Source: Planctomycetota bacterium (lineage in GTDB: Bacteria; Planctomycetota; UBA1135; UBA2386). Taken from it: a DNA stretch of 64,000 nucleotides. This document shows positions 1 to 8,335 of the stretch, one piece after another. The position numbers and the translations under genes are program-made. How positions within the stretch are numbered: position 1 is the first letter of the stretch; each line of letters starts with the position of its first letter. Where the stretch lies: positions 2,746 to 66,745 of the forward strand of contig DASRJH010000031.1 of the NCBI GenBank assembly GCA_035649575.1, given 5' to 3'. The notes beneath the pieces are model-generated. The model saw only the letters and a program-made list of their open reading frames with translations, was not told the origin of the DNA and made no database searches.

Positions 1-2412
1 GTCGACTGGTCGTCCCGAAGTGTCCGCGTGAGGTCCGTCCGCGCGCATGATGTTGACCCTCAGCCGCGCCCGCAGTGTTCCGCTCGCCGCGCGCACCCGC
101 ACCGGTACGCTGGCCAGCGCCAGCGGGCGCACGTCGACGTGGATGCCTGCTCGCGTGGTGTCGAACGGGCCGAAGCGCAGCGGCGCGAACGGCGACGATG
201 CCGGTGGCGTCAGCGTGAGCGCGATCCGGCGACCGACGGGCTCGCGCGGCAGCGTGAAGCTCGCGCCGTCGAAGGTAACGGTGCGCGGGCTCGGGTAGGG
301 GACGAGGACGTCCTCGTCGACGTAGTCGATCTTCGCCTCGAACTCCTTCCAGGGTGTGCCTTCGACCGTCGCGACGGTGCCGGTGACGGGGCAGCCGTGC
401 AACTCGTCGTCGGTCGCGATGATCACGAGATCGACGCTGCCGGGTGGAACGTCGGGCCGGCGCAGCGTGAGGCTCTTCTCGGCCGGATCCGGCGTCACGA
501 CGACGGTCCACGCCGTCCCTGGATGCACACGCAGCTCGAAGCCGCCGTCCTCGCCGGTCGTCACGGCACCGCCGGTCGTGAAGCGTTCGCGCCGGCTGGG
601 CTCGGGCCAAGCCGCAGCGTCGACCGGCCCGCTCGACGCGTGCACGCGCGCGCCGGCGACCGGCTCGTCGCGCACGTTCCGCACGACGCCGCGGATCGTC
701 GCGAATCGTGGCAGCACGACACGCACGTCGGCGTGCGGTCGTTCGACCGTCGGCTCGATCCACACGATCTCGCTCGGCGGCTGGACCTCGGTGCTCGCCA
801 GGATGCCGTAGCGCGTGTGCTTCTGCAGGTCGGCCGCGAAGCAGCCGCCGGCGTCGGCCCGCAGCCACAGCGACTCCTCGTTGTGTTGCGGGCGCCGATC
901 GGCAGTGGCGCGCCAGACGCGCACGCTGGCGTTGCCGACCGGCCGGCCGTCGGCGTCGCTCACGACGCCGCGCACGGTGATCGCTCCGAGGAACGTCAGC
1001 ACGATGTCGGGCACGGGAACGTCTCGCGTGTTGACCTCCGCGACGAAGGTCAAAGCACCGCCGTCAGTTGCCTGGACCCGGTACGAGGAGTGCCGCACGA
1101 GCTGGACTTCGAAGCGGCCATCGTCGTCCGCGCGCACCGGTGCCGGCGACGGTGCGGCGCCCATCGTGCTCGTGTCCATGCCGTGGCCGGTCGCCGTGAC
1201 GATGGCTCCGGCCGCGCCTGAACCGTCGTGCCGCACGACACGGCCGCGCAGCGGTACCCCGGGTCGCAGGATCAGCACCGTGTCTTCGCCCGCGTTGCGG
1301 CTCCACGCGAAGTGCTCGGTCGTCATCGTGAGCTCGCGTTCGGCGCGCACGACGACGCAATCCAGATCGACGGTCGTCTGCACGCGTCCGAGGGCGTCCG
1401 TGCGCAGCAGGAACAGCTCGGGGCCATCGTGGCCCAACGAGTAACCACGTTCCTTGCCCGGCAGCTGCGTCTTGCTCGACCGCGGTCGCCAGCCGCGCAC
1501 GACGAGGTCCGCGAGCGGCCGCGCGTCGATGTCCTCGACCCGCACGCGCAAGCGCCACGGCGCCACCGTGCCGACGGCCCGTTCTGCGGCATCACTCGCT
1601 GCGCCGATCGACACGCCAAGAGCCGGCGCAGGCTCGCGCTCCGGTTCGGCCGGTCGACCGGGCTCGACCGGCGCGGCTGCGGCCGGCGTGACGGCAGGTG
1701 CCTGCGCCGCTTCCATGCGAGCGATCGGCGTCTCGCGCGACCAGGCGAACACGAGGACGAGCGCAGCAGCCACCGCGCCGCCGGCGAGGAGCTTGATGGT
1801 CATGAGGAGCCCCATGAGCGAGAAGGGGAGCACGGCAGCAGCTGCGGGCACCGGCGCGCGCGCTGCGAAGCCGCCCAGCGCACCGCGCCACGCCGCGCGT
1901 CCTCCCGGCCGTGCGTCGAGGCGGGCGCGCAGCCGTTCGAGGCCGCGAAACAGGCGTGAACGCACCGTGTCGTGCGGCACGTGCAGGCGCGCCGCGATGT
2001 CGTGCGTCGACAGGTCGCGCCAGAAGCGCAGCACGATCGCCGTGCGGAACGGCTCGTCGAGCTCGTGCACGGCGCGCGCGATCGCGTGCAGTGTCTCCGC
2101 CTGCTCGGCGATGCGAGCCGGATCTGCCGTGGCGTCGACTTCACTGCGCGCGACGCGCTGCTCGCGAGCCGAACGGCGCGCGTCACTGCGCCGCCAACGC
2201 GCGGCGAGGTGCGCCACGACGCCGGACAACCAGGGTCCCGCGCGCCCTACGCCGTCGCGTCGCTGCAGCGCCGCGACATACGCATCGTGCACGACGTCGT
2301 CGGCCGCACCGGCGTCGAGCAACGAACACGCGAGACGCCGCAACGATCGCCCTTCGGCGACGAGCCGGTCGGCGTCGAACGGAGCAGCAGCGGGATCGGG
2401 TTCGTCGGACAT
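1..2412 (-). CDS. ECF-type sigma-70 factor fused in frame to a TM helix and a large extracytoplasmic region with carboxypeptidase-regulatory-like repeats (3' end lies outside the window)
   Basis: Absent from the ORF track because the frame never reaches a stop before position 1. I checked every triplet of this frame from 1 to 2412 and found no stop. ATG at 2412, upstream in-frame TAG at 2461-2463. N-terminus MSDEPDPAAAPFDADRLVAEGRSLRRLACSLL..DDVVHDAYVAAL is region-2-like. EPFRTAIVLRFWRDLSTHDIAARLHVPHDTVRSRLFRGLERLRARL is a region-4 HTH. A hydrophobic stretch MTIKLLAGGAVAAALVLVFAW follows, then repeated units such as ITVRGVVSDADGRPVGNASVRVW and TIRGVVRNVRDEPVAGARVHA. Confidence 0.8.
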   Translation of the reverse strand, partial: MSDEPDPAAAPFDADRLVAEGRSLRRLACSLLDAGAADDVVHDAYVAALQRRDGVGRAGPWLSGVVAHLAARWRRSDARRSAREQRVARSEVDATADPARIAEQAETLHAIARAVHELDEPFRTAIVLRFWRDLSTHDIAARLHVPHDTVRSRLFRGLERLRARLDARPGGRAAWRGALGGFAARAPVPAAAAVLPFSLMGLLMTIKLLAGGAVAAALVLVFAWSRETPIARMEAAQAPAVTPAAAAPVEPGRPAEPEREPAPALGVSIGAASDAAERAVGTVAPWRLRVRVEDIDARPLADLVVRGWRPRSSKTQLPGKERGYSLGHDGPELFLLRTDALGRVQTTVDLDCVVVRAERELTMTTEHFAWSRNAGEDTVLILRPGVPLRGRVVRHDGSGAAGAIVTATGHGMDTSTMGAAPSPAPVRADDDGRFEVQLVRHSSYRVQATDGGALTFVAEVNTRDVPVPDIVLTFLGAITVRGVVSDADGRPVGNASVRVWRATADRRPQHNEESLWLRADAGGCFAADLQKHTRYGILASTEVQPPSEIVWIEPTVERPHADVRVVLPRFATIRGVVRNVRDEPVAGARVHASSGPVDAAAWPEPSRRERFTTGGAVTTGEDGGFELRVHPGTAWTVVVTPDPAEKSLTLRRPDVPPGSVDLVIIATDDELHGCPVTGTVATVEGTPWKEFEAKIDYVDEDVLVPYPSPRTVTFDGASFTLPREPVGRRIALTLTPPASSPFAPLRFGPFDTTRAGIHVDVRPLALASVPVRVRAASGTLRARLRVNIMRADGPHADTSGRPVD

Positions 2413-2613
2413 CGCGTCGTACAGTTCGTGCCCGCGACGGGCCGGGTTGCTCCCCGGAATCTACGAGCCGGCGCACCGGCGCGAATGCCGGATGCACGAG
2501 GGAAATGCCCGATGGCGGCCTCGGGGGGCATCGCCGCAGCCCCCCTACCAGTTCTCGCGCACTGCGGACGACCCTGGCGCAGCCGGTGGCGAGCCTTCAA
2601 TCTGACCCCTCGC

Positions 2614-3114
2614 ATGCCCGAACAGCCGCACATCCGCATTGCCCCACCGCGCGACGAGCCGGACTGGCGCGCAGCGCGCGACCTGCTCGTGGATTACTCC
2701 GAGTCACTCGGGTTCTCACTGACGTACCAGGGCTTCGAGGCAGAGGTCAGCTCGTTTCCAGGTGAATACGCGGCACCGGCCGGGGCGCTGCTGCTCGCAG
2801 TCGTCGACGCCACCGCCGCCGGCATCGTCGCGCTACGCCGGCTGGAGCCCGACGTCTGCGAGATGAAACGGCTGTTCGTGCGACCGGAGTTCCGCGGCGT
2901 GCGAACGACCGACGGCCTCTCGCTCGGCCGCGCGCTGGCGAGTGAGGTGGTGAACCGCGCCCGCGAGCTCGGCTACCGGAGGATGCGGCTCGACACGATC
3001 GCCGGCAAGATGGACGCGGCTATCGCGCTCTACCGCTCGATGGGCTTCGTCGAGATCGCACCCTACTGCGACAGCCCGGTGCCCGGGACGCTGTTCATGG
3101 AAAAGCGGCTATGA
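2614..3114 (+). CDS. GNAT family N-acetyltransferase
   Basis: C-terminal part of track ORF 1972..3114, starting from ATG 2614 (MPEQPHIRIAP...). Acetyl-CoA-binding-type motif CEMKRLFVRPEFRG..GLGRALASEVV and ALYRSMGF. The upstream part of the listed ORF is antisense to the sigma gene. Confidence 0.8.
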   Translation: MPEQPHIRIAPPRDEPDWRAARDLLVDYSESLGFSLTYQGFEAEVSSFPGEYAAPAGALLLAVVDATAAGIVALRRLEPDVCEMKRLFVRPEFRGVRTTDGLSLGRALASEVVNRARELGYRRMRLDTIAGKMDAAIALYRSMGFVEIAPYCDSPVPGTLFMEKRL

Positions 3115-3297
3115 TGCGGCGAGACCTGGCACACCGTGCAGGATCTCTTTGCCACGCACGCGAGTTCACCATCCGCGTGTGAATGGCCGGTGACGCCGGC
3201 GTGAAAACTACACGCGCTTCGACGACGCGATTCGTCACTGCGTCGGGGAACGCCCGTGCGTGCTCGGCGCCCAGGCGTAGGCTTGCTCGGCCACCCG

Positions 3298-4674
3298 ATG
3301 AGCACACGAACCATCCCGGTCGCACGCGACGATCGCCTCGAGGTCGACATCGAGGGCCTCGGCGACGGACCCGACGGCATCGCCCGCATCGGCAACTACG
3401 TGATCCTCGTGCCCGGCGTGCTCCCGGGCGAACGCGCCTACGTGCGCATCACGTCGGCAGCGCGCAAGTTCGGCCGCGGCGAGCTGCTGGCCGTGCGCAA
3501 GGCCGCTCCCGAGCGCGTCGCGGCGCGCTGCCCCCACTTCCTGGCCTGCGGCGGCTGCCATCGCCAGCACCAGGACTACGGAGCACAGCTGCAGGACAAG
3601 CAGCAGCGTCTGCAGCGCGCGATCACGTGGGCCCTCGGCGACGAAGCTCCCAAGGTCGCGCCGCCGATCCCCGCGGAGCCACCGTTCGGCCAGCGCCACA
3701 AGGTCGTCGTGCACCTGCGCAACACGCGCGACGAACGCCTCGAGGCGTGCTTCCATCGCCTGCGCAGCCCCGAGCTCGTCGCCGTGCGCGAATGCCCGGC
3801 GAGCCAACCGCGGGCGTGGGCGATCGCGATGGCTGCGGTGGCCCTGCTGCACGAGCTGCCGCACGGCGCATGGGATCCCGACTTCGCGCCGAACGACCTG
3901 CTGCGCAGCGTGCTCGTGCGCACGACGATGACGGGGCAGGCCCACGTCGTGCTCGTCGCGCGCCAGCCCATGATCCCTGGCCTCGAGCGCGTGCTCGACG
4001 ACCTGCACGAAGCCGGCGCGACGACGATCAGCTGCAACGGCAACGACGGCGAGTTCTCGCGCCTGCTCGGTCCACAGACCACGATCGTCTCGGGACCACC
4101 GCGCATCGAAGAACGGCTGCTCGAAACGCACTACCTGCTCTCCCCCGATACGTTCTTCCAGACCTCACCCGAGGGCGCCGAGCACCTCGTGCGCCTCGTC
4201 ACCGAGTGGCTGGCGCCGACGAGCCAGGACGACGTCGCGGATCTCTACTGCGGCGGCGGCCTGCTCACGCTGCCGCTAGCGCGCACGGCGAGGAGCGCGC
4301 TCGGCATCGAGCTCAGGACCGCGACGATCTCCGACGCCGAGGCGTCCGCGCGCAGAAACGGCCTGCGCAACGTGCAGTGGCGCTCGGGTCACGTCGAGAG
4401 CTGGCTGCGCGCGTGCCGCCACGGGCAGCTGCCCCGCCCCCACCTCGTCGCGATCGATCCGCCGCGCACGGGGCTCGAGCCCGTGGTCATCGACGAGCTG
4501 TGCCTGCTGCGGCCGCGCCGCATCGCCTATGTCTCGTGCGAACCACGCGCGCTGCAGCGCGACCTGCAGGCACTCGCGACTGCAGGTTTCCGCACGCGGT
4601 CCGTGCAGCCGATCGACATGTTCCCACAGACCGCCCACATCGAGGCAGTCGCGATGCTCGAACGCAGCACGTGA
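3298..4674 (+). CDS. rlmD: 23S rRNA (uracil-5-)-methyltransferase, RumA/RlmD family (TRAM domain, Fe-S cysteine cluster, SAM-dependent methyltransferase)
   Basis: MSTRTIPVARDDRLEVDIEGLGDGPDGIARIGNYVILVPGVLPGERAYVRI is TRAM-like. CPHFLACGGCHRQH is the Cys cluster. DLYCGGGLLTLPLA is the SAM motif. C-terminus YVSCEPRALQRDL..DMFPQTAHIEAVAMLERST. ATG 3298 chosen over the track start 3256. Confidence 0.85.
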   Translation: MSTRTIPVARDDRLEVDIEGLGDGPDGIARIGNYVILVPGVLPGERAYVRITSAARKFGRGELLAVRKAAPERVAARCPHFLACGGCHRQHQDYGAQLQDKQQRLQRAITWALGDEAPKVAPPIPAEPPFGQRHKVVVHLRNTRDERLEACFHRLRSPELVAVRECPASQPRAWAIAMAAVALLHELPHGAWDPDFAPNDLLRSVLVRTTMTGQAHVVLVARQPMIPGLERVLDDLHEAGATTISCNGNDGEFSRLLGPQTTIVSGPPRIEERLLETHYLLSPDTFFQTSPEGAEHLVRLVTEWLAPTSQDDVADLYCGGGLLTLPLARTARSALGIELRTATISDAEASARRNGLRNVQWRSGHVESWLRACRHGQLPRPHLVAIDPPRTGLEPVVIDELCLLRPRRIAYVSCEPRALQRDLQALATAGFRTRSVQPIDMFPQTAHIEAVAMLERST

Positions 4675-4684
4675 GAAACAGCGC
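4657..4684. repeat. attL-type core (direct repeat copy 1), covering the last rlmD codons and its TGA stop
   Basis: Exact 28-bp match to 10842-10869, read directly from the sequence. Confidence 0.85.
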
Positions 4685-4794
4685 GTAGGGCCGCTTTGCC
4701 CTCAGTTCTCAGCATTCTAGTGTTACGTGCAGGAGCGTGCAAGAGCGTGCACGAAGAGGCGCGAGAAGTGGACAGTTTCGGCCGATTTGGACAG

Positions 4795-5745
4795 TCACTG
4801 TCCACTCGGCGAGGACGGGCCACGAGCACCCAGTCGGTGCTCGATCACCGGTCGGAGATCCTTCGCCAGCTGCTCGGGCGTCTCCCACACGATGTGCAGC
4901 AGCTGGCGGGTATCGAACGGCAGCTTGCCGAGCTCGCCCTTGCGCACGGTCCAGATCACAGGTTTCCCGAGGCCTTCAGCGAAGCCGGCTTCGTACATGA
5001 CGCTGGCGCTAACGCCTGTAGCATCCGCAACCATGGCACGCGACCGACGAATCGCGACGAGGATGTGGGCGTCGATGCGATCGCCGTGCGCCGGTTCTCG
5101 ATCGACGCGCAGCGGTGAGTAGCCGGCACTGCGGATGCCCTTGCTCAGACCGTTGTCGTAGACGTCGCTCATAGAAGAATCGAACCACATGGCGACGAAG
5201 ACACGGTCGTTGCGCAGCGGCGACTTGTCGATCTCCTCCAGATGGAGGTAGCCGGCAAAGGTGAGTCGCACTCGGAGTAGGCCGTCTTGGGGGTCAATCC
5301 CGAGGCTCTCGAGGCGCCCCTGCTGGACGGCCGCGGCGACGAGGAACAGCATGTCCTCGCGTCCTCCCGTCCACACCAAAGCGGCATCGGTCTTCAGGTT
5401 CAGAGGAACCGCGTCGTTGAGAGTGTTGCTGCGCGACTCGACCAGACGGAGAAGCATGTCGAGCTGCTCGCGCACGCCATGCTCAGGCAGCCAGGATCTG
5501 AGACTGTCGAGCGATTCAGCGAGAGACGGGTATCCTGACTCGCGATTGTTCCGCTGCATTCGGAGCCACGCGGACAGGCGTGGCCATGCATCGAACCTGG
5601 GATCCCGTCCAAGCTCCTCCACCATGTCGCGGTGCAGCAAGAACAAGCCGCAGCGGGAACACTCGAAGCACTCGAGCGACAGGTCCGACGAGGATATGGT
5701 GTCCGCGGACTCCCAACAAACTGGGCACTTGCTGGGATGCTTCAT
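4795..5745 (-). CDS. Zinc-ribbon protein with a C-terminal nucleoside 2-deoxyribosyltransferase-like (NDT/TIR-like Rossmannoid) domain; candidate effector or toxin
   Basis: ATG 5745 overlaps the TGA of the upstream ORF (ATGA). MKHPSKCPVCWES...ECFECSRCG gives two CxxC pairs. C-terminus RVFVAMWFDSSMSDVYDNGLSKGIRSAGYSPLRVD...ILVAIRRSRAMVADATGVSASVMYEAGFAEGLGKPVIWTVRKGE...LPFDTRQ matches the FVAMxF...ADxT...YExGxAxGxGKPVI pattern of NDT-like domains. Confidence 0.75.
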   Translation of the reverse strand: MKHPSKCPVCWESADTISSSDLSLECFECSRCGLFLLHRDMVEELGRDPRFDAWPRLSAWLRMQRNNRESGYPSLAESLDSLRSWLPEHGVREQLDMLLRLVESRSNTLNDAVPLNLKTDAALVWTGGREDMLFLVAAAVQQGRLESLGIDPQDGLLRVRLTFAGYLHLEEIDKSPLRNDRVFVAMWFDSSMSDVYDNGLSKGIRSAGYSPLRVDREPAHGDRIDAHILVAIRRSRAMVADATGVSASVMYEAGFAEGLGKPVIWTVRKGELGKLPFDTRQLLHIVWETPEQLAKDLRPVIEHRLGARGPSSPSGQ

Positions 5746-5891
5746 TTGTCGCCAGCACTGCCCTCGCCCGGCATGGCCATCCGCCCAGGGGAATCGACGG
5801 CGCCTACACCCAGGCGCGCCCGCCGCACCCACGTCTTCGCGGTGCCGCGCGGGATGTTGAGCGCTGCAGCCTCGAGTGCGCGGGCGCTCAT
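5742..5891 (-). CDS. Small (49 aa) helix-turn-helix protein, excisionase/MerR-like (HTH_17-type pattern)
   Basis: ATG 5891 overlaps the antitoxin TGA (ATGA at 5888-5891), and its own TGA overlaps the next ATG (5742-5745). MSARALEAAALNIPRGTAKTWVRRARLG resembles the LGVSRSTVYRWVRxGRL-type HTH. Short ORF, so moderate confidence. Confidence 0.55.
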   Translation of the reverse strand: MSARALEAAALNIPRGTAKTWVRRARLGVGAVDSPGRMAMPGEGSAGDK

Positions 5892-6091
5892 GGCCTTGCC
5901 TTGCCTGCCTTCGTGGTCCTCGGCTTCGGCATGGTGAACGGCTTGCCCTCGAGTCGCTCGAAGTCGGCCAGCGGCACGAGGGCGAACTTCGGACGGCCGC
6001 GGTGCGTGCAGACCACGCGGGCGCCTGCGACGACAGCCTGCGCGACTTGCGTCAGATTCCACCGCAGTTCGTCGGCCGGGATGGTCTTCAC
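5888..6091 (-). CDS. Phd/YefM-family type II antitoxin-like protein (67 aa)
   Basis: VKTIPADELRWNLTQVAQAVVAGARVVCTHRGRPKFALVPLADFERLE follows the Phd/YefM consensus (xTVsaxEaRxNLxxxxxxVxxGexVxITRxGkPvAvLVsxxeyErL). GTG 6091 has AAGG 9 nt upstream. The longer track ORF (to 6526) has an Arg/Pro-rich, junk-like N-terminus. Confidence 0.7.
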   Translation of the reverse strand: MKTIPADELRWNLTQVAQAVVAGARVVCTHRGRPKFALVPLADFERLEGKPFTMPKPRTTKAGKARP

Positions 6092-6367
6092 TCGCCGCAA
6101 CCTTAAGGTTCCGCGGAACGCCGTCAATCCCCTGGTCGCGATTCCGTCTCGTCGCGCGCCCCCGCTTGGCGAATCCTCGTCGCCGGGGCTACTCTGCCGG
6201 CAGCACACCGCGGCCCGCTCGGCTTCACCCGGCGCCTGGGAACTGAGGTTGCCGGGCGGCCGCGCACCTCCCGGACGTAGGCATGCGTCGTGGTCATGTC
6301 CCTCCCTTGACGTCACGGCGAGGCCTGCTAGCTTCCGCGGCTCACAGCCACAAACGAGGAGGCACGA

Positions 6368-8335
6368 ATGATCTCGTCTCTGAGCGGTCTTGGTGCGGTG
6401 GTCTTGCTGGCTTCGCTGACCTCGGCGCAAACACCGCCAAACTACTATGTGAGCAACGGAGGCAGCGACACCAACCAGGGATCGATTCAGGCACCTTGGG
6501 CGACTCTCGGCAGGGTCCGGCAGCACGCGGATGACCCTACGAAGGGTTTCGCCGCTGGTGATTCAATCAATCTGGAACGCGGCAGCTCGTGGACCGACGA
6601 ACTGCTCATTTTGCCGAACCCAAGCCCAACTGCTAATTCGAATAGCGGCACTTCGGGCAGCAAGATCCGCCTGCAGGCCTATGGCGTTGGGCCGGCTCCG
6701 GTCATCAAGGGACTAGTTCAGCGCGTCGGCACCCGCGTCCAGCTGCGCAACGTCGAGCACTGGATCATTAGCGGTCTTCGCTTCGAAACTTCGCACCATG
6801 GGGTCCTCCTGTCCAACTCTACGACGCCCCACACGGTCCTTCACGGTGTCGAAGTGCACAACTGCTACTTCAAGGATATGGATGATCGCGGCAATTCGTT
6901 TACCAATTGTGGTATTCTGATCCACGGCTCGGCCCAGCAGGTTGACTGGCAAGACATCAGCATCAGCAACTGCATCTTCGACACTGTGTCAAACGGTGTG
7001 AGTAATGTTGGGTCCACCAACAACATCAGCATTGTCGACTGCGCGGCTTTTGGTGGCCTGTCCGCTGGCTTTTCACTTACCCATGTAGCGGGAGGTACTG
7101 TGGCTGGGTTCAGTGTTCGTGATGTTGGCGGAACCAGTTCGTTTGGGTCTTGTGGCGCCGCCTTGATCTTATGCGACGATGTAATAGTCACCGACTGCTC
7201 GATCTCCGGCGTCCGACACGATGGTGGCCTTGACGGCGTCGGATTTGATTTTGAGGCGGGCTGCAGGAACTGCACCTTGCGTCGCAGTTACATTTTCAAT
7301 AATGAGGGTGCTGGCATCATGGTCATGAGCGGGAACACCTTGCCGCTACAACACAATAGCTCACTCGTCATCGAGGATTGTCTACTGTACAATAACAACA
7401 CCCGTTATCAGCTTCCAGGGGCACCCGGCTTTCCCGCTGTAAATTCGGAACTTTTGTGCTTTCATGCGCTGAACAATGGCGTCATGAGAAACGTTGGTGT
7501 CTACAGGAGAACTACTACTACAGCTACCTACAACCACTTCAGCACCAATTGGGGCGGCTTCACAATAGAACCTAGTGTCATCACGGGTGATTACTGCGTC
7601 GGATGGAAACCTGTCTATGGAAAGTTCTCGCAGCTGGACGTTGGGGGCAATGGAAACATCGTCGGTGTGGAAGCTGGTAAGGTGCTTGTGTGGACCCGTG
7701 AATTCCTGGGCAATTGCTGGACCAACGTCACAGGTAACTTTGGCCCGTTCCTCAGCGCTAGTATCGGTTGCGACGGTGTGTTGTGGGCCGTTAAGAACGA
7801 CTTCTCCGTATGGGGGTACGATGGAGGCTTCAATTGGAGTACGCGAGGAACTGTGGCAATGAAACAGATTTCCGTCGGGCAACTCCCCCCGTTCACCCCT
7901 CCTCCCACTGTGATGGAAGACAATGTTTGGGGGATTGATACGCAGAGTACACCCCAAACCTGGAGATGGAACCAGTCGTTGTTGCCCACTCCTGCTTGGG
8001 AGTGGGTCTCTGGGAACACCACTCAAGTCGATGCTGCCGCAACTAGAGGCGAAGGTGCCTGGGCTGTTTTTGCATCCCAACAGCCGCCATTGGTCTATCG
8101 TATCCAGAATCCTCCCACCCAAACATGGCAGCAGGTAACTACACAGCCGCTCGACCAAGTGTCCAGCACGAACTTCAATGCTGCCGTCGGGGTATATGGA
8201 AATGCCGTCTGGCTGACAAGGGATGGGGGAGTGTCATGGTCTCAGCTTCCGGGCCAGCTAACTCAAGTCGCCGAGGGAAGTGATGGTGCGCTGTGGGGGT
8301 TGGACGCGAACGGGCACGTTTGGAGATTCAATTGA
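6368..8335 (+). CDS. Secreted right-handed beta-helix (pectate-lyase-fold-like) protein with a C-terminal tectonin/TECPR-like beta-propeller repeat region
   Basis: GGAGG lies 7 nt before the ATG. Signal peptide MISSLSGLGAVVLLASLTSAQ. N-terminal YYVSNGGSDTNQGSIQAPWATL plus periodic N/C/I-rich rungs (VHNCYF, ISISNCIF, ISIVDCAA, VIVTDCSI, CTLRRSYIFNNEGAGI). C-terminal W-rich repeats (VLWAVKNDFSVWGYD, NVWGIDTQ, NAVWLTRDGGVSW, GALWGLDANGHVWRFN). A/T is frequent at third codon positions, unlike neighbouring genes. Confidence 0.8.
   Translation: MISSLSGLGAVVLLASLTSAQTPPNYYVSNGGSDTNQGSIQAPWATLGRVRQHADDPTKGFAAGDSINLERGSSWTDELLILPNPSPTANSNSGTSGSKIRLQAYGVGPAPVIKGLVQRVGTRVQLRNVEHWIISGLRFETSHHGVLLSNSTTPHTVLHGVEVHNCYFKDMDDRGNSFTNCGILIHGSAQQVDWQDISISNCIFDTVSNGVSNVGSTNNISIVDCAAFGGLSAGFSLTHVAGGTVAGFSVRDVGGTSSFGSCGAALILCDDVIVTDCSISGVRHDGGLDGVGFDFEAGCRNCTLRRSYIFNNEGAGIMVMSGNTLPLQHNSSLVIEDCLLYNNNTRYQLPGAPGFPAVNSELLCFHALNNGVMRNVGVYRRTTTTATYNHFSTNWGGFTIEPSVITGDYCVGWKPVYGKFSQLDVGGNGNIVGVEAGKVLVWTREFLGNCWTNVTGNFGPFLSASIGCDGVLWAVKNDFSVWGYDGGFNWSTRGTVAMKQISVGQLPPFTPPPTVMEDNVWGIDTQSTPQTWRWNQSLLPTPAWEWVSGNTTQVDAAATRGEGAWAVFASQQPPLVYRIQNPPTQTWQQVTTQPLDQVSSTNFNAAVGVYGNAVWLTRDGGVSWSQLPGQLTQVAEGSDGALWGLDANGHVWRFN

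Noticed and set aside
28-1221. Track ORF of 397 aa on the plus strand, together with the other plus and minus ORFs listed between 1 and 2640
   Set aside because: Extremely Arg/Ala/Pro-rich with no motifs. These ORFs are antisense or off-frame to the continuous sigma-fusion reading frame 1-2412, which has clear sigma-70 region 2/4 motifs. They are typical high-GC shadow ORFs.
4657-4684. Expected a tRNA or tmRNA gene at the island boundary
   Set aside because: I could find no cloverleaf-like or T-loop (GGTTCGAAT-type) sequence at either end. The repeat lies inside the rlmD coding end instead.
3183-4688. 501-aa plus-strand ORF overlapping rlmD in another frame
   Set aside because: The composition is junk-like, with runs of R, P and A. 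The overlapping frame 3298-4674 carries TRAM, Cys-cluster and SAM-methyltransferase motifs.
5746-5832. Longer N-terminus (MGAAGAPGCRRRRFPWADGHAGRGQCWRQ) for the zinc-ribbon/NDT-like ORF
   Set aside because: That start would overlap almost the entire mini-HTH ORF. ATG 5745 forms an ATGA overlap with the upstream stop, and the protein sequence becomes sensible only from MKHPSKCPVCW.
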